Positions 41,900 through 55,665 are shown, numbered from the whole stretch's first letter. The stretch: 63,998 bases of DNA, filler included, from Piptocephalis cylindrospora (GCA_003614145.1; 14 parts of 14 records of this genome joined end to end with filler, not necessarily neighbours in it), one strand, 5' to 3'. A program made the numbers and translations. Notes: generated by a model not told the origin, from the sequence alone.

Positions 41900-42094
41900 G
41901 CCGAGCTTCCTAAGGGAAAGACCATCACGTTTCGTGCTCTTTTCCGCCCTTTCCTTCTCTTGAGCTTATCATCTTTCTGTTGAGCTTCCTAGCCTAGCCA
42001 CTCCCCCGCTAGTCCTCTCTTACCTGCTCAGCTAGATTAACATGTCTATGTTTACATCCCACTCTACATTATCATAGAAGTAGCATTTTTATGA
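41900..42094. repeat. Dispersed repeat, copy A (possible LTR-element fragment)
   Basis: Aligns to 59749-59942 on another contig; core 41979-42076 is 87/98 identical without gaps. Confidence 0.85.
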
Positions 42095-44036
42095 ACCCTG
42101 TAATCCCTTTCCTAGACCCGGGTAAATCACGCCTATTAATGATAGTCATAAACAACGAGAACATATTGAGAAGCCCCAAAATGGCGCCTTTTTCAAATGT
42201 TCACAAATACATCATGAAGAGGTAAGAGCTTCCTCGCGATCCTATCGCATCTTCCTTGTCTTTAGTGAAGGCTCATATACTTAAATAATGATACTTGAAA
42301 TACCTTTGATACACCTTTTTCTTCCCTATTGTGGCCCTCTTCATATTAACATTGACGGACTTTTAAGGCAAAAGGGTGTCTTTATCCCTAGCACTCCCGT
42401 CTAGTTCGTTATGCTTAAAAGACCTCTTCAGATAAATTGCATAAAGAGCGAGGAGGAGTTGATCTAGCCATTAAAGGTATTTGATAAACGTAGGTGAACT
42501 AAGTGTAATGTAGTGATCTCTTCTGTTATGTTGATTTCTAAATCTCAACCACCAGTTTATATTCAGTATGTATTACTCGAGCTGAGATAATATAATTTTA
42601 GGGGCATAGAGGCACTATTGGTTTCATCATTGATCAGATCATCCTGGGTCATGTGATGTTTCCTAGAATATGACATTTATCCCCAAAGTTATAAGGACTG
42701 TATAGGTATCTTTGAGTAATTCAAGAATAATCGTGGATGAGTATCTTAACGCATGAAATGGATGGTAATATAAACGCAAGAGAAGCCGGCACTTTATTCC
42801 AAAATGCATCTCGGGCTCCGCAGAATAATGAATTAACGGAGAGTGAGAAGGCGCTATGGGTAGGGAGGAGATATCACCTTTGTATAAATTATGCATGTTT
42901 CTATCCAGGAAGGGCGAGAGGCAGTATCCTCTTTACTATTAAGCGTTTTTAGGTACCAACCCTTACACGACACTGCCCCCTTCATCCCAATCTATTATTA
43001 TGAAGCGACTACAAGTGCTCAGAGTTATCATGCAAATGACGCCAAGTTCACCGTTCAAACCACCCTAGCCGTATGTGCTATCCGCAACAGTCAATCCTAT
43101 CAAATAATGCACCTTGCACTACTGATTTCGCTTTCATATGGTTCTCATTTGCGAAAAGGTGGGTTGACAACCCGATGTAAATGTCGAATTCGCTCAATTT
43201 GAGGGGGCCTCTTACTTTAATCATTTTATTTACCCTGGCATACATCCTTCCTCCCCTATATGGCATCTGTCTTCGTCTTGAACCACCATATACTTTACTC
43301 TTTACTGTGGTAGAACGGATATTCATATCAGCGTAGGCTAAGGCGATGAGCTATGCATCTAGTAGTAGCAGTAAACAGCGAAATGTATTGGGAAAATTAC
43401 AATCCCCTTTTTCCTAAAAGTATTCACAGATTGGTCTCAAGCCTCAAGCAATACGGCCATTCCATTCCATTCAAATCACCAATTTAGCCACTTTTTTTTA
43501 CAAACCTAGGTCAAGATTACCCCAAGTAAGACTTCCTCCAATCATTATGTGGAAGGTATACGCACTGTGTGGATCCTTCTGGATGTCTCTCCCCACATCT
43601 CTCCAACCCCCCCGCAGGATCCACACAAGAACGCGCGTCTTGGGTGGGAGGGCTCGCTCCGCCTATCACTACTGCAACCAGTGTGGATGGAGATTATGTG
43701 CTCGAATGGGGAAGACAGAAGGGTTCCAAGCCCATAGCGTAGTGCTGGAATGGTGTATAGAAGCCTATAGAAGTTCTCTCCCCTATTCCATCACCTCTAA
43801 TCATCATCGTCATTTTTAAGGGCGAGACAATGGTGATGCAGCTATTGTAAGGTATTTAAAGTGGTTGAAGACGGATAGACACACATGGCCCTTTTCCTTT
43901 TTCCCTCATCTCTCATCCTTTCCCTCTCATCCTGCTCTTCCATTCAGTGCTCTATCCTTGTGGTCTCCATCGCCATAAACCCACCTTATTGTCAATCATC
44001 CAGGGCGCTGTGATTCACCACCCTAAAACAACTCGG

Positions 44037-44879
44037 ATGACACCAAGCCCCTTGTCATCTCCATCCATTGCTTCCTCTACCTCTGACCCTTCCTCATCCC
44101 CTCCTCCACCGGCTCCCATTAGTATGTCCGCCTGCTTTTCCTCTTGGCCCTCTCGTCCTTCCATCCCAGCCAAAAGATCCACTCGCTCTCCTGGGCCCAG
44201 TGATCAGTTGAAGCGTTGTCGTTCTAACAATCATCCGTCATGGCCTCACTCCTTTCACTCTGAAATGCCCATTCATCAGAGGGTAGGGATGAAGCGAAGG
44301 GTGTGGATGGACGATCGGGATGACGATGAGGAGGACGAGATAGATACCAATCCATGGCAGGGTAAAAAAGCACGATCATCTTTCAGTAATAGTAGCGACA
44401 CTACTGAACCACACTTCTCCCCGGGATCATGCCCTACCTCGTGGAGTCCTCCTTTAGCCTCGGAGCATCAAGGATTACGTCTGGTGGACATGAGTACCGG
44501 GGAAGAGCTTACGCCATTGAGCGAAGAGGATCATGCTTCCCGGCCATGGTCCTCTTCCAAGAAGAGTCCCACAACCTCCTCAGCCATGCTTCATCTACCC
44601 AAGTACCGCATCCATCTCCCTCCCATTTCAGGCCAGCACCCATCCCAATCGGATCCCTCCTTTCACACTTTCTCCCCCAACCAGGGTCAGATGATCCTGT
44701 ATCGTCCTCATCCCTTCCCCGACCCTCCTCTTACCTCCACCTCCTCTATCCCATCTTCCACTCATTCTTCTTTCGCCTCTATTCAGGAGCTGGATGAGGA
44801 AGAGGAGAAGGAATCCTCTATTTCCCCCCCTCCCTCCACCCCTACCTCCATCGTTGCCATGGACACGAGCGAGGATTGA
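44037..44879 (+). CDS. Hypothetical Ser/Pro-rich, largely disordered protein
   Basis: Long intronless ORF; basic KRR..KKAR patches, QMILYRP motif, acidic tail; no family confidently recognised. Confidence 0.55.
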   Translation: MTPSPLSSPSIASSTSDPSSSPPPPAPISMSACFSSWPSRPSIPAKRSTRSPGPSDQLKRCRSNNHPSWPHSFHSEMPIHQRVGMKRRVWMDDRDDDEEDEIDTNPWQGKKARSSFSNSSDTTEPHFSPGSCPTSWSPPLASEHQGLRLVDMSTGEELTPLSEEDHASRPWSSSKKSPTTSSAMLHLPKYRIHLPPISGQHPSQSDPSFHTFSPNQGQMILYRPHPFPDPPLTSTSSIPSSTHSSFASIQELDEEEEKESSISPPPSTPTSIVAMDTSED

Positions 44880-46048
44880 TACCCTTTGATGGAGAGATGT
44901 ACCCGTTTCAGTGATACTACTCTATCCTTTTTTTTCTTTTGTATATAGTCATCATTATCTTCCAACATTCTATGAAGTCGCGACATTATCCACCGTTTTC
45001 TTTTTCTCCAGGCTATAGGAGATGATACTTTAATAGGTAATAATAGTAATAATAATAGCCATAGGCTGGAACGGATCAGCTTTCATCATTATCATCACCG
45101 CACCATTTTTTGATGGTCCATGTTCATTCTCATCTTCTTGCTCTTGCCTTTACCCCACACATTACTCTCTCCTCTCCTCTCCTCTCCCCTCCCCTCCCCT
45201 CCCCTCCACCGCACGCACAGAGACACACAGAGGAGCTCACATCGTCTTCCATATTCTCCGCCCGTCTACCCGCGCGCTCCCAAGTGGGATGGTGTATTCG
45301 GCTCATCTCGGAAGTGAGGCAGGCGAGGACACTGTTCCTCCCTCCCCACCTCTGGCACCAAGAAGGGTCTGAGAGCATGCCTTTGGCTCCCTGCTCCTCT
45401 CGGGGAGGAAATGTGTTCCGTTCCCGGACAGAGTATCAGGTCTAGGTTGCTTGAGAGATCCGTAGTGTATAAATACATACTTCCAAGATCCTATCGCCCC
45501 CTCTCCCCTCTCCCTTTCCCTCTTCTTCTTCTACCCTTTACTTGTCTTCTAACGTACCTGATAACCCACCACTACCCATCATTGACTTGCCTTTTTGCGC
45601 TTGTGTCTCCCCTTCTCCCACAGAACTCATTCTTGCTTCATGCTTCGCTCAGCCCTTAAGCCCAGCTCCCGGGCCTTTCTGGTCAGTCGTGTTGTTGTTG
45701 TTACTGTTTTTTTGTCTCGATGAGGGCGAGTAGGTCTAAAGCCGGAAATTCTTTTGTTGACGTCTCATCCTAACAACATACCACACACACATCGTTCTTC
45801 CTTCAACTCACCACCTTGCCGGTCCTAGTCCACCGCCCGTGCTCATGGCCTCACCAAACCATTGACCGTCCGTTCCTTCTCCACCTCCCTTCAATGGGTA
45901 ACATGGCCTACCGTTGGGTCTGAGCTCCCCAATACTTCTCCGAGGGGANNNNNNNNNNNNNNNNNNNNNNNNNNNNNNNNNNNNNNNNNNNNTTAATTAA
46001 TTAANNNNNNNNNNNNNNNNNNNNNNNNNNNNNNNNNNNNNNNNNNNN

Positions 46049-47555
46049 AGGGGCATCCTCCAGGAGGACGAAACCGCCGCTTTCATTACCCGGCTTGTCC
46101 GAGAAGTGAGCGAAAGGGCAGGAAGAATTGGGCTGGTGGGGGCTCAAGTGCAACTTCGGGTATGTCCTTTCAGAAACCTGTAGGAAAAATGGTACAGAGC
46201 ATGTACTAAAATCTTTCATCTCTTACCTACAGTTGTACAGAAGGCAAAAGGATGCGCCTGAGCCCTATAAATTCATGGGGCATGGAGCCTGTGACATCTT
46301 GCATCACACTCTCAACCTTCCTTTCCTCACCCATGCAGCCGAGGTGATGGAACCTATTGTCCAGGCAAAGGTCAGGGAACTGTGTATTCCCCCCGAAGAT
46401 GTGCGAGGAGCCTCGATCCAGTTGCAAAAGTGTCGGTCGATGGATCAAGATGATGGGAATAGAAAGGATTGGAAAACAGGATCCTCTTTGATCCCCGGAA
46501 CCAAGGCGATTTCCAATTACTTCAAGGCTAAGGACGATCAATGTGGGGAGGATAATGGAGCAGACGACCAGAATAGGGAGGAGGAGAGATTATCCTCTTC
46601 TCCTTCCTGTCCTCCTTCAGTGCTTAAAACTTCATCCAAGTTGGAAGGAAAAAGACCTACTTCAAGGTCCTCTAGCCTCACGTCAGCTTCTCCAAAGAGA
46701 GCTAGACTAAAAAGTAGTAGGTCTCGTACCTTGAGCCTCGTATCCTCACGAAGGAGCCTTTCCAAGCCTCACCACTCCCTTGGAGCCTCTCTTAAGGCGC
46801 CTTGTGAAGAGAAAGGGATTCCGAGTGACTTTTTCCTTCCGCTTCCTTCTCATTCACCAGATGCCTCACCGGCCTCAAAAGAGAAAGCGGGAGAGGATTG
46901 GGTGGATGTGGAGGTGAGAGAGGAGAGAAATGTGATGGAACGAGGATGGATAAGCAATATGGAGGGATGTGTTACGCTCACACAGGCCTGGCGGAAGACA
47001 GAGTCGATGTTGGAGGAAGAGGCGGAACAGAAGCAGATCCTGGATCCATGGTCTCTGGCTGTCCTTCCACAGTCCATCCTGATGGATGTGGTGTTTGATG
47101 ACTTTTCCCGCATGGCTCGAGCCAAGGAGGACCGGGTAGGGAGACGGGCGGTTGCCGAAGCAGAAAGGAGGGAGGGCCGAGAGGCCAACGGAGCATGTTC
47201 CGGGCCAATTCACCTACCCGAGGAGGATGAGCCTCATCTAGGGGGTCAAGCAACCTTGGAGGGAGTAAGAATCTTGCTGCAAGAGTGGGTGGAAGAGCAA
47301 GGCACTAGCGGGCCCAGGGAGGAGGAGATCATTGAGTGTACCGAGTATTTTTCCCGTCTAGTTCACACGAACAACCTTCACCGAGCTCGGCTACTCTGGA
47401 GACACCTGCGGTCCCTGTCTGAAGGCCCACTCTTTGGACCTAATGACCAGGGGGAACGGCGTCCATGGAGAAAGATGGTGATGCAAGTGGACGAGTGCAT
47501 CACCAATGCTGTGCGCTCACGATATGGGAATCCCCAGTGCTGGGTGGAATTGTAA
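46049..47555 (+). CDS. REV1: Y-family DNA polymerase Rev1, C-terminal part
   Basis: AFITRLVREVSERA, intron 46160-46232, PEPYKFMGHGACD, DVRGASIQLQK, Rev1-CTD-like LEGVRILLQEWV..GP.EEEI..YFSRLV. Confidence 0.85.
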
Positions 47556-48218
47556 CGATGAGCCATGAAGGGGATACCGCATCAAGTCCCCTCCATGATA
47601 TTCTCTGTATACTGCCTATAAAGTACTAGTTATGGCACTGAGTGCCTTGTATGCACCTGATTCAGGAAAATTGACCCTGCTGGGTCCTACGGTAAAGCCA
47701 GCCATCCCAAGATGCATATCGCCCTCATCATGGACCTTTGTGAGCAGATGCACCCTCATCTCATCCTGTATCCCATCTTGCCTCCAGGTTGGATCCAGAA
47801 GGGATTGCAGATCATCCTGCCTTACCTCACACTCCCAGTCACTCCCCCCTTAAGCGCAAACCCGCCATTCCTACAGACGACCTGACCAAGCCGTGTGTGT
47901 GTGGGCGGGAAGGACAGCCCATCAATATCGGAGTTTCTGCTTGACTGGGTGGGGTGGTTGGGCGGACTGAACACGGTCATCCCATCGTAGTCTCCTGATA
48001 CCGAGAGATCTGTACACACTGGATGGGAGTTCACTTAAGCCAGTATGAAAGGCCCTACTGATGAAGCGTATGGATGAGTGATACCCTATCTCCTCCCTCA
48101 TTTCCCTTGTTTTTTCATCTCCACCTTTTCTCTCGTTTAGTCACCTCTCTCTCTTACCCACACTACCCTCCTCCCCTCTCCCTTCTTCTCTTTTATCTAC
48201 GATACGACCGATAGCTCC

Positions 48219-50519
48219 ATGACCCTCGATTCCTCCTCGCTGGCCTTATGTCAGGCCCACTGGACTCAGCTCTCTACTCTACTTTCCCAACTTGTCCGGC
48301 GTAAGTGGCCTTGACCGCGAGGAGGGGAGGGGGGGGAGGACAGCCAGGGTAATCAGCCTCACCTTTCCTGCCCCATCTAGTTCGTAGAAGGTCCAGTCAG
48401 CCCCCATTACTTGCAACCCTTCCAGCCCAAAAATCTGAAATTCTGGACAGAATCAAGGGCCAGGGGCACGGGGAGGAGGAAGGGATACAGAGACAGAGGG
48501 TAGAAGCCCAGGTCATGGAGCATCTTGGAAAAATAAAGGAGCTGCTTGTGGAGGAAGCAACCGCGCGGGAAGGAGAGAGGATGGGAGAATGGGCCTTGGC
48601 TGACCCTTTCCTTCATGATGATGATGATGATAGAGGAAGGAATGGTGGAACAGAGAATGTTCCAGATAAGTACATTAGCCTTCCACAATCCAGGTACCCT
48701 TGCTTGCACTACCTGCTTCAGGAAGGTATTTTTGAGGTGTTAGGGGAATGGACGGATGTATGGAGAATTCGACGGCCTCTCCTCTCTCTCCTCTCCTCCC
48801 TCCTCGCCCTCCTTTCCCCCACCGATGCACTACCTATATTTCGGTCCACACTATCCCGAGTATGCCGCTCCTCCCACCTCTACTCCCCATGTCGATCCTT
48901 GTGCGGAGGAGAAGATGGTGAGGAGGAGGAGGAGGAGGAAGAGGGGGAGGGAGAGGAAGATCGGGATGAAGGGGAAGAAAGGCGAAAGGAAGATGAAGGA
49001 ACGGACCTTCTTCTTTTGATTCGACTCTGCGTGGACCTGGTAGGGGAGAGACCATCTCTGGCCTCCATGCTCTTTGACGGAGAGGTAAGCAGACTAAATC
49101 TTAAGTGGGAGAGGGTGTATCTAAATGTCCCCACTAACCCAAAAGAGGTTCTTTCCCCTGGGCTCCCCCTAGTGTGGGTTCTACCCAGCGGACATGGCCA
49201 TGGCAAGGGTCGTGAGTAGGTGTGATCGGCATCGTTCCTTAGCCTCCGATATTCTCCTTGAGTGCATTGGTCTTGGTCTCAAGCACCCTAGAGTCCTTTC
49301 CCATCTCACTGAGCGATCCCGATTTGCGGAACGAATGGTATACTCTTTGAGCTTTTCGACTAGGCATGCCTAGTATCAAGAGAGACACTGGAGATTATTA
49401 TTGACTCATTCACGCTTATTTTTCCTAAATCTTAATTGGAACTTATATCTAGAACGATCTGCTTCTTGAGCTATTAGCCAAGGTATCGGAAGATCCAGGG
49501 CCCCATCCTCCTCATCAATATCCTCTAGAGGAAAGAGGGCCGGAGGAAGATTGGGTCACTTGCCTGGATCGTCCCCTACGATCTCTCCCATCCACCTCTC
49601 CCACCATCCAGGCACTTAGGGATGTATGGTCCTTGCTCCATACCTCTTTCACCCTTGATCGACATTGCCCGCTTCTCCAGCGTGTCTTGCACATTCTTCG
49701 AGATGGCGCCTTTCTCTTTCTTTCGGACTCCCTTATCAATGGGTAAGTAATCCTGCTGTGTAAAGATGGGGATGAGAGAGTAAGGTTAAGGCTCACTATC
49801 ATCTTCCGAGTAGAAAAGAGGCCTTGTCGGGGGATATCTCGGTCAAAGGGGTACTTTGGACCGTGAGCCTCCTCCTAAGACAATATCCGGGGGAGGAGGT
49901 GGGGCCTTTGGAAAAGGCCTTGCTTGAGGGGATGATCCTGGATGCACGATTCCATCAGGATTACCTGGCCTCTTATCTTCTAGAGGGAAAGGGTGAGGTA
50001 AGAATTAAGACGATGAGGGTAAAGAAGGGGCTTATTTCCTCCGTCCACTCCCTCTCACTTTTTATCGTTCCATTGGATCCTCTTCAGATTCCTTTGGCCT
50101 CCCTTCAACTTCTTCTGACGATTCTTCAATTAAGGGAAGAGCGGTCCATGGAAATGCTACTTTTCCGCGAGTTACGTCCCGAGTCTAGAGAGGATCAGGG
50201 AAGTGTATACGAGGGCATGATTAGCAGGTAAGTGGCGGGTCCTTCTTGAAGAGCACGAGAGGAAAGGAATACGGCAATTCGTGACTCCACCCTCACTCGC
50301 TCGTCCCTTCTTTACAGAATACTTGGTATTATGCCCTTTGGCACAGACAAACATGTGGATCTGGGGTCCCATTATGCCTTACGAGCCTCCCTCAGATACA
50401 AGAGGGCATGTGAAGCCAGGAGAGCCTGGTTACTGGGCGCTTGGGGTGGGGATTCCCTCATCCAGGTCAAAGTCATCGTCCAGTAACCAGGCTCTCCTGG
50501 CTTCACATGCCCTCTTGTA
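48219..50519 (+). CDS. Probable FHIP/FAM160 (RAI16-like) protein, multi-exon, 3' partial
   Basis: Helical exons with CQAHWTQL, PCLHYLLQEGIFEVL, LLIRLC..PSLASMLF, LASLQLLLTIL..MLLFREL resembling FAM160 blocks; exon structure incompletely resolved. Confidence 0.55.
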
Positions 50520-50619
50520 NNNNNNNNNNNNNNNNNNNNNNNNNNNNNNNNNNNNNNNNNNNNTTAATTAATTAANNNNNNNNNNNNNNNNNNNNNNNNN
50601 NNNNNNNNNNNNNNNNNNN

Positions 50620-51279
50620 CTAGACTATAAGGGAGTGGGATGGGATGGGATGGGATGATGTGAGTTTGTGTCCTGGAGGTCCATTCCCTCCTCCTGTGGG
50701 GTACATACGGCACGGGTGATGTCATAGACAACGACGGCAGCCTGAGCATTCCTGTAGTACATGGGAGCAAGAGAATGGAAACGCTCCTGACCGGCTGTAT
50801 CCCAGATCTCAAACTTGGTGATCTTGTCTTCCAATCGACACTTTTGGGTGAGGAAAGCAGCTATATGAGGGAAGGTGGGGGTGAAAAAGAAAAGGGTGAA
50901 AATGAGTAGGGTATCTTGATGGATGTGGCTGTATCTCCTTTTGGAAATGACGAAAAAAAGAAATACTCACCTCCAATGGTAGGCTCCTTGTTTTCGTGGA
51001 ACTCATTATTCACGAAGCGAAGGACCAAAGAAGATTTTCCGACCGCGGCCTCACCTAGATTCAGAGTAAGGTGTAAGTATACTGGGTTATCTTTGTGGGA
51101 GAGGAGCAACCAGGCTCCCTCAGCAACCTATTCGTGATACTCCACCACCACCACCTCCTTTTCCTTCCATGCAGCCCTCCCACATCCTACTTACCAAGCA
51201 ACACAAGCTTGACCTGGATGGGCCGGGTGGGAGCAGGGGAGGCGAGGGAGTGGTCAAAGCCTGGGCCGTCGGAAGACAT
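50620..51279 (-). CDS. Rab5-family GTPase (Vps21/Ypt5-like), 3' partial
   Basis: [53 protein letters not shown]. Confidence 0.95.
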
Positions 51280-52635
51280 GATAAACGCTGACGTAGCAAG
51301 GAAAGATCTGGTGATGGGAGATGGAGAGAAGGGGGAGGGAAGGGGAAGGGAGAGAGTTCTTTCGATTTGACTCTGAGAAAGAGTGGGGGTGAGGAGTAGG
51401 GTCAGGATGGAAGGGAGAGGAGAGGCTGAGGAAGGAAAGAAAGACAAGAAGAAAGCCACGGAAGAAGAGTAAAGAGAGTGGGGAGAGGGAGAGACGCTGT
51501 GGATATGGGGAGACGGGCGGGATGGGATGGGCGGGAGGCGGAGCCTGACCGACTCTACATACTATACACAGGCTGTACTCTATCTGGCCTAACTAAGCGG
51601 AGTGCCATCTCGTTCTTCTTAGTGAGGTAAGGGGAGGGGAAGGTGGGGGATCTGGGTATGAGCGTGTGTGTGTGTATGTGTGTGTGTGCCTTGTAGAAAG
51701 GAAAAGAAAGGGATGTGTGTGCACTTTGTGTGCAGTAAAATGTGTGTTGTATGTGTGCGCCTTGTAGAGAAGGGTGGTGAGCTGCATGCCTTTCACCCCA
51801 CCCCACCACAGCTCACACACAAATACGCACACATTCTTTGCATCTGGACCCTCGTGTCTGTACATACCTCACTGTGCACTCATTGCCCTGGAAATGAATA
51901 AATGATAGATGGGCACTAGGATGACAAGTAATATGAGGGGACTATATCCGGGTCTCTTTCAGTACCATCCATTCAACTTCTCATGAATGTAAATTACCTG
52001 AGAGAAAAGGTAAATGTGGTCCACACTGAATAAGGGTCCTTGTAACCAACAAAGATGGTCTACCGTCCCTTTGGTATGTCCTCGACCGTTTTAGACGCAT
52101 AGCCACGGGGTTGTCATAGTTACGAGAATCTTGATCCTCCGTGACCCAAACCCACTCGGATGCCATTCCTTGACGGCCCAGCTCCTAAAACGCTGATGTG
52201 TTGAATGGTCGATAGGAAGGAGCGATATTCCAGCCACATCGGAGTCGATGAGATGCATCGCGTACCCCATCAACCCTGGATAGGAAGGATAGGGACCATC
52301 TCCCAATTCCTTATCCGTCCTTTTATCTTTTCCCAACCCCCAGTCACGCTCACCTCTCCACCTCTCCAACCATCACCGCTTACTGGCCACACGCAATAGC
52401 TCTGTCTATCGTGGGAATATCCACGCTCGATGATTTGATGGATCGTGGCGCCTATAAAAGGGAGGCCGAGGAAGAGCACACGTACCCTTGCCTTGCCCCT
52501 TCTTTTCTCTTCTTCTCGTTTCGTCTCGTCTCGTCTCGTTTCCTTCTTCTTCTCCCCGCTCGTCTTTCCTTTCTTCTCCCTTCTCGTCTCGTTTCCTCTT
52601 CTCCCACCGCGCCTTCTCCCATTTCCCTTCTCCCT

Positions 52636-54778
52636 ATGACTCTCTCACTCGCAAGTGTCAGATCCATGGCTCGGTGGATGCCCCGTGTATCCTTTTCTCC
52701 AAAGCCGCTCAGCCATACACGACTCGGGCCATGCATTCCCATGAGGCCTGGTTCCAGAAACCTTAGTGCAGCCTCCTCTTCCTCCTCACCCGTAGGTCTC
52801 CCCCTTGCTTTGTAAGGTCTGATCAGCTCAGCTCATCTCCCCTGTCCTTTTAGGAATCCTCAAAAAAAGAGGATCATCATGCCGTCGTCTCTACCTTTGA
52901 CCTCTTCTCCATTGGCATTGGCCCTTCTTCCTCCCATACCGTCGGTCCCATGCGAGCTGCTCGTATCTTTGTTGGTGATCTTGTGGCTCACAAAGTGATT
53001 GACCAGGTAAAGTGCTTGATGAAACTCCTTTCAAATCCCCCGCTCACACTCACACCTCCTCTTCATGCACTCTACAGGTCGCAAAATTAAGAGTTGATGT
53101 GTATGGGTCTCTGGCCTTGACAGGCCTGGGACATGGAACACCCAGTGCCATTCTTATGGGCATTGAAGGCGAGACTCCCGAGGGGATCGACACTTCCAGT
53201 ATGCAGGCCCGTATCGACAATATCCACCGGGAGTGCCGCATCCAACTGGCATCCACCCACGCCATTGATTTTAACCCGAAAAAGGACCTCATCCTCCAGT
53301 ACGGATCCTCTCTGCCTCAGCATCCCAATGGTATGCGGCTCACTGCCTTTACCAAGTCCGGCGACATGCTCGCCACCAACGAGTACTTCTCCATTGGCGG
53401 CGGCTTCGTCGTCAATGACCAGACCCAGATGGCCCACGGGGAGAATCTCTATTACAAGCAGTATGATTCTGATAAGGCCGCAGTCGCCCGGAGAGATCAG
53501 GACCTGGCTGTTGCCACCCTGCCCTTCACCAATGCGCTGGACCTCATGAAAGTCTGTGAACGTGAGGGTATGTCCATTGCTCAGGTCGTTCATGCCAATG
53601 AACTTCAATGGAGGTCCGCCACCGAGATTCGGGACAAGTGCTTGGATATCTGGAAGGTCATGGATGGCTCCATCCGCAATGGCTGTCTCTCCGAGGAGCC
53701 CTACCTTCCCGGATCTCTGGGCGTCAAGAGAAGAGCCCCCAGTCTGTACCGGAAACTGCTTCGGGGCCTTTACCCCTCCACAGACCTGAGCCCTTCCCTC
53801 CAGTCTACCGCCACCACCACCTCTACCTCCTCTTCCCAACAGGATTTGGTTCGGGATGGGGAAGCCTTGCGGCCCAGAAATGGTAGAAAAGTTAAGAAGC
53901 TTCTTCTTCCCGCCTTGGATTACCTCTCTGTCTACGCCATTGCCGTCAACGAGGAGAATGCCGCGGGAGGTCGGGTCGTCACGGCTCCTACCAACGGAGC
54001 TGCTGGTGTTATCCCCGCCGTTCTCAAGTATTATTTAGAATTCGTCAGTGAGGACCCCACCAACGACATTGTTGACTTTCTCCTCACTGCCGCTGCCATC
54101 GGCATGCTGTACAAACGAGGCGCTAGCATCAGCGCGGCTGAGATGGGTTGCCAGGGAGAGGTGGGCGTGGCCTGTAGCATGAGTGCTGCCGCCTTTGCTG
54201 CCGTCATGGGTGGGACTATAGAGCAGGTTGAGAATGCTGCCGAAATTGGAATGGTAGGCTTTGGCGGGATAGGGGGGGACCTATTGATACCACTCACCTT
54301 GACGAACCATCTAGGAACACAACCTAGGGCTAACCTGTGACCCTGTTGGTAGGTCTTTGACGTGACGGATGTGCGAGGAGGTATAAACTCACCCCTTCTC
54401 CTCCATAGATGGTCTGGTCCAAATCCCTTGTATTGAACGAAACGCCCTGGGTGCAGTAAAGGCTGTCACAGCGGCTCAGCTTGCTCTGAATGAGGATGGG
54501 GCTCATCGGTATGCCATATTTGAAAGGACTGGGGTCATGTGAATGGCATTCTGCTCCCTAACAACGTTATCCCCTCATACCGCCCACCCAGAGTTACGTT
54601 GGATCAGGTCATAGAAACCATGAGGCAGACGGGTATGGATATGCAACATAAGGTAAAGTAGGGTAGAGGTCAACTGGTCCCTGTTCATACCCTCATTCCC
54701 CAACTTTCTTTCTTTCTTGGCGGATAGTATCGAGAGACCTCCTTGGGTGGATTGGCCGTCAATGTTCCTCTTTGCTGA
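52636..54778 (+). CDS. Iron-sulfur-dependent L-serine dehydratase (SdaA-type, single chain)
   Basis: [90 protein letters not shown]; six GT-AG introns. Confidence 0.95.
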
Positions 54779-55186
54779 TGGATGTGAGCGGAGTGAATGA
54801 TCCAGGTCATCAAGCTTTATTAGAATGATCAAACCGTAGATAGATCAGGATAAAAAAAATAATCTTTGCACGACACTTGGGGGGGAGGGGGGTCGTACGT
54901 GCCTAGTCGTCTGACATTTGCAGTAGTCATAGAGGTGGTTGATCCCTTATGATCTATTTCTGGAGCCTTTCTTCCCCCCCCCCCCCCCCCCCCCCCCCCC
55001 CTGGGTTTTTGAGGGGAAGAGGGGGGAGGCATCCCTCCTTCCCCCCCCTTTTTTTTTTTTTTTTTTTTACACCCCCTTTTTCTTTTNNNNNNNNNNNNNN
55101 NNNNNNNNNNNNNNNNNNNNNNNNNNNNNNTTAATTAATTAANNNNNNNNNNNNNNNNNNNNNNNNNNNNNNNNNNNNNNNNNNNN

Positions 55187-55665
55187 AAACAACAGATGAA
55201 CGAAATCAGCAACACTGGCTCCTGGATAGGCTCCCTCCTACGTAATCGATGGCTCAGCGCCCTTTTCAGCTATCGTAAAATTAGGGAATACCCGCTCATC
55301 GCGTATGCCCCCAGCTACTCCGCCTTTCTCCAAATTATGCGTGACACTCGGCCCGACACCGTCGTCTGTGACTTTATTGCTGAGTCCTGTGTCGATGCTG
55401 CCACCGCTCTCAACCTTCCCATCGTCATCTTCAGCCCCTTTTCTAACATCTTCGGCATCAGCCATGCCTCCTACATCACCCACTTTCTTGCTCCCCTTCC
55501 CTTCGTCGCCACTCCCGACACTGGTCTCATGACCCACATCATCGATCGTTACATCTTTCCCGCCGCCCTCTGGGCCATCACTCTCCCCTCCGAGTTGAAA
55601 ATCATGTGGATGCGTCAACGCCTAGGTATCCCAAACCCTACGCTCTCCGTGCTGGAACGGTGGAA
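55187..55665 (+). CDS. UDP-glycosyltransferase (GT1) internal fragment, inverted relative to its N-terminus
   Basis: RPDTVVCDFIAESCVDAATALNLPIVIF is a typical UGT N-domain segment; frame open from contig edge. Confidence 0.7.

Noticed and set aside
49359..49374. Perfect 16-bp palindrome ACTAGGCATGCCTAGT
   Set aside because: Single intronic occurrence; about expected by chance in 64 kb
48219..51279. FHIP-like gene next to Rab5 (functionally linked in endosome transport)
   Set aside because: They lie on different contigs separated by a spacer; adjacency is coincidental
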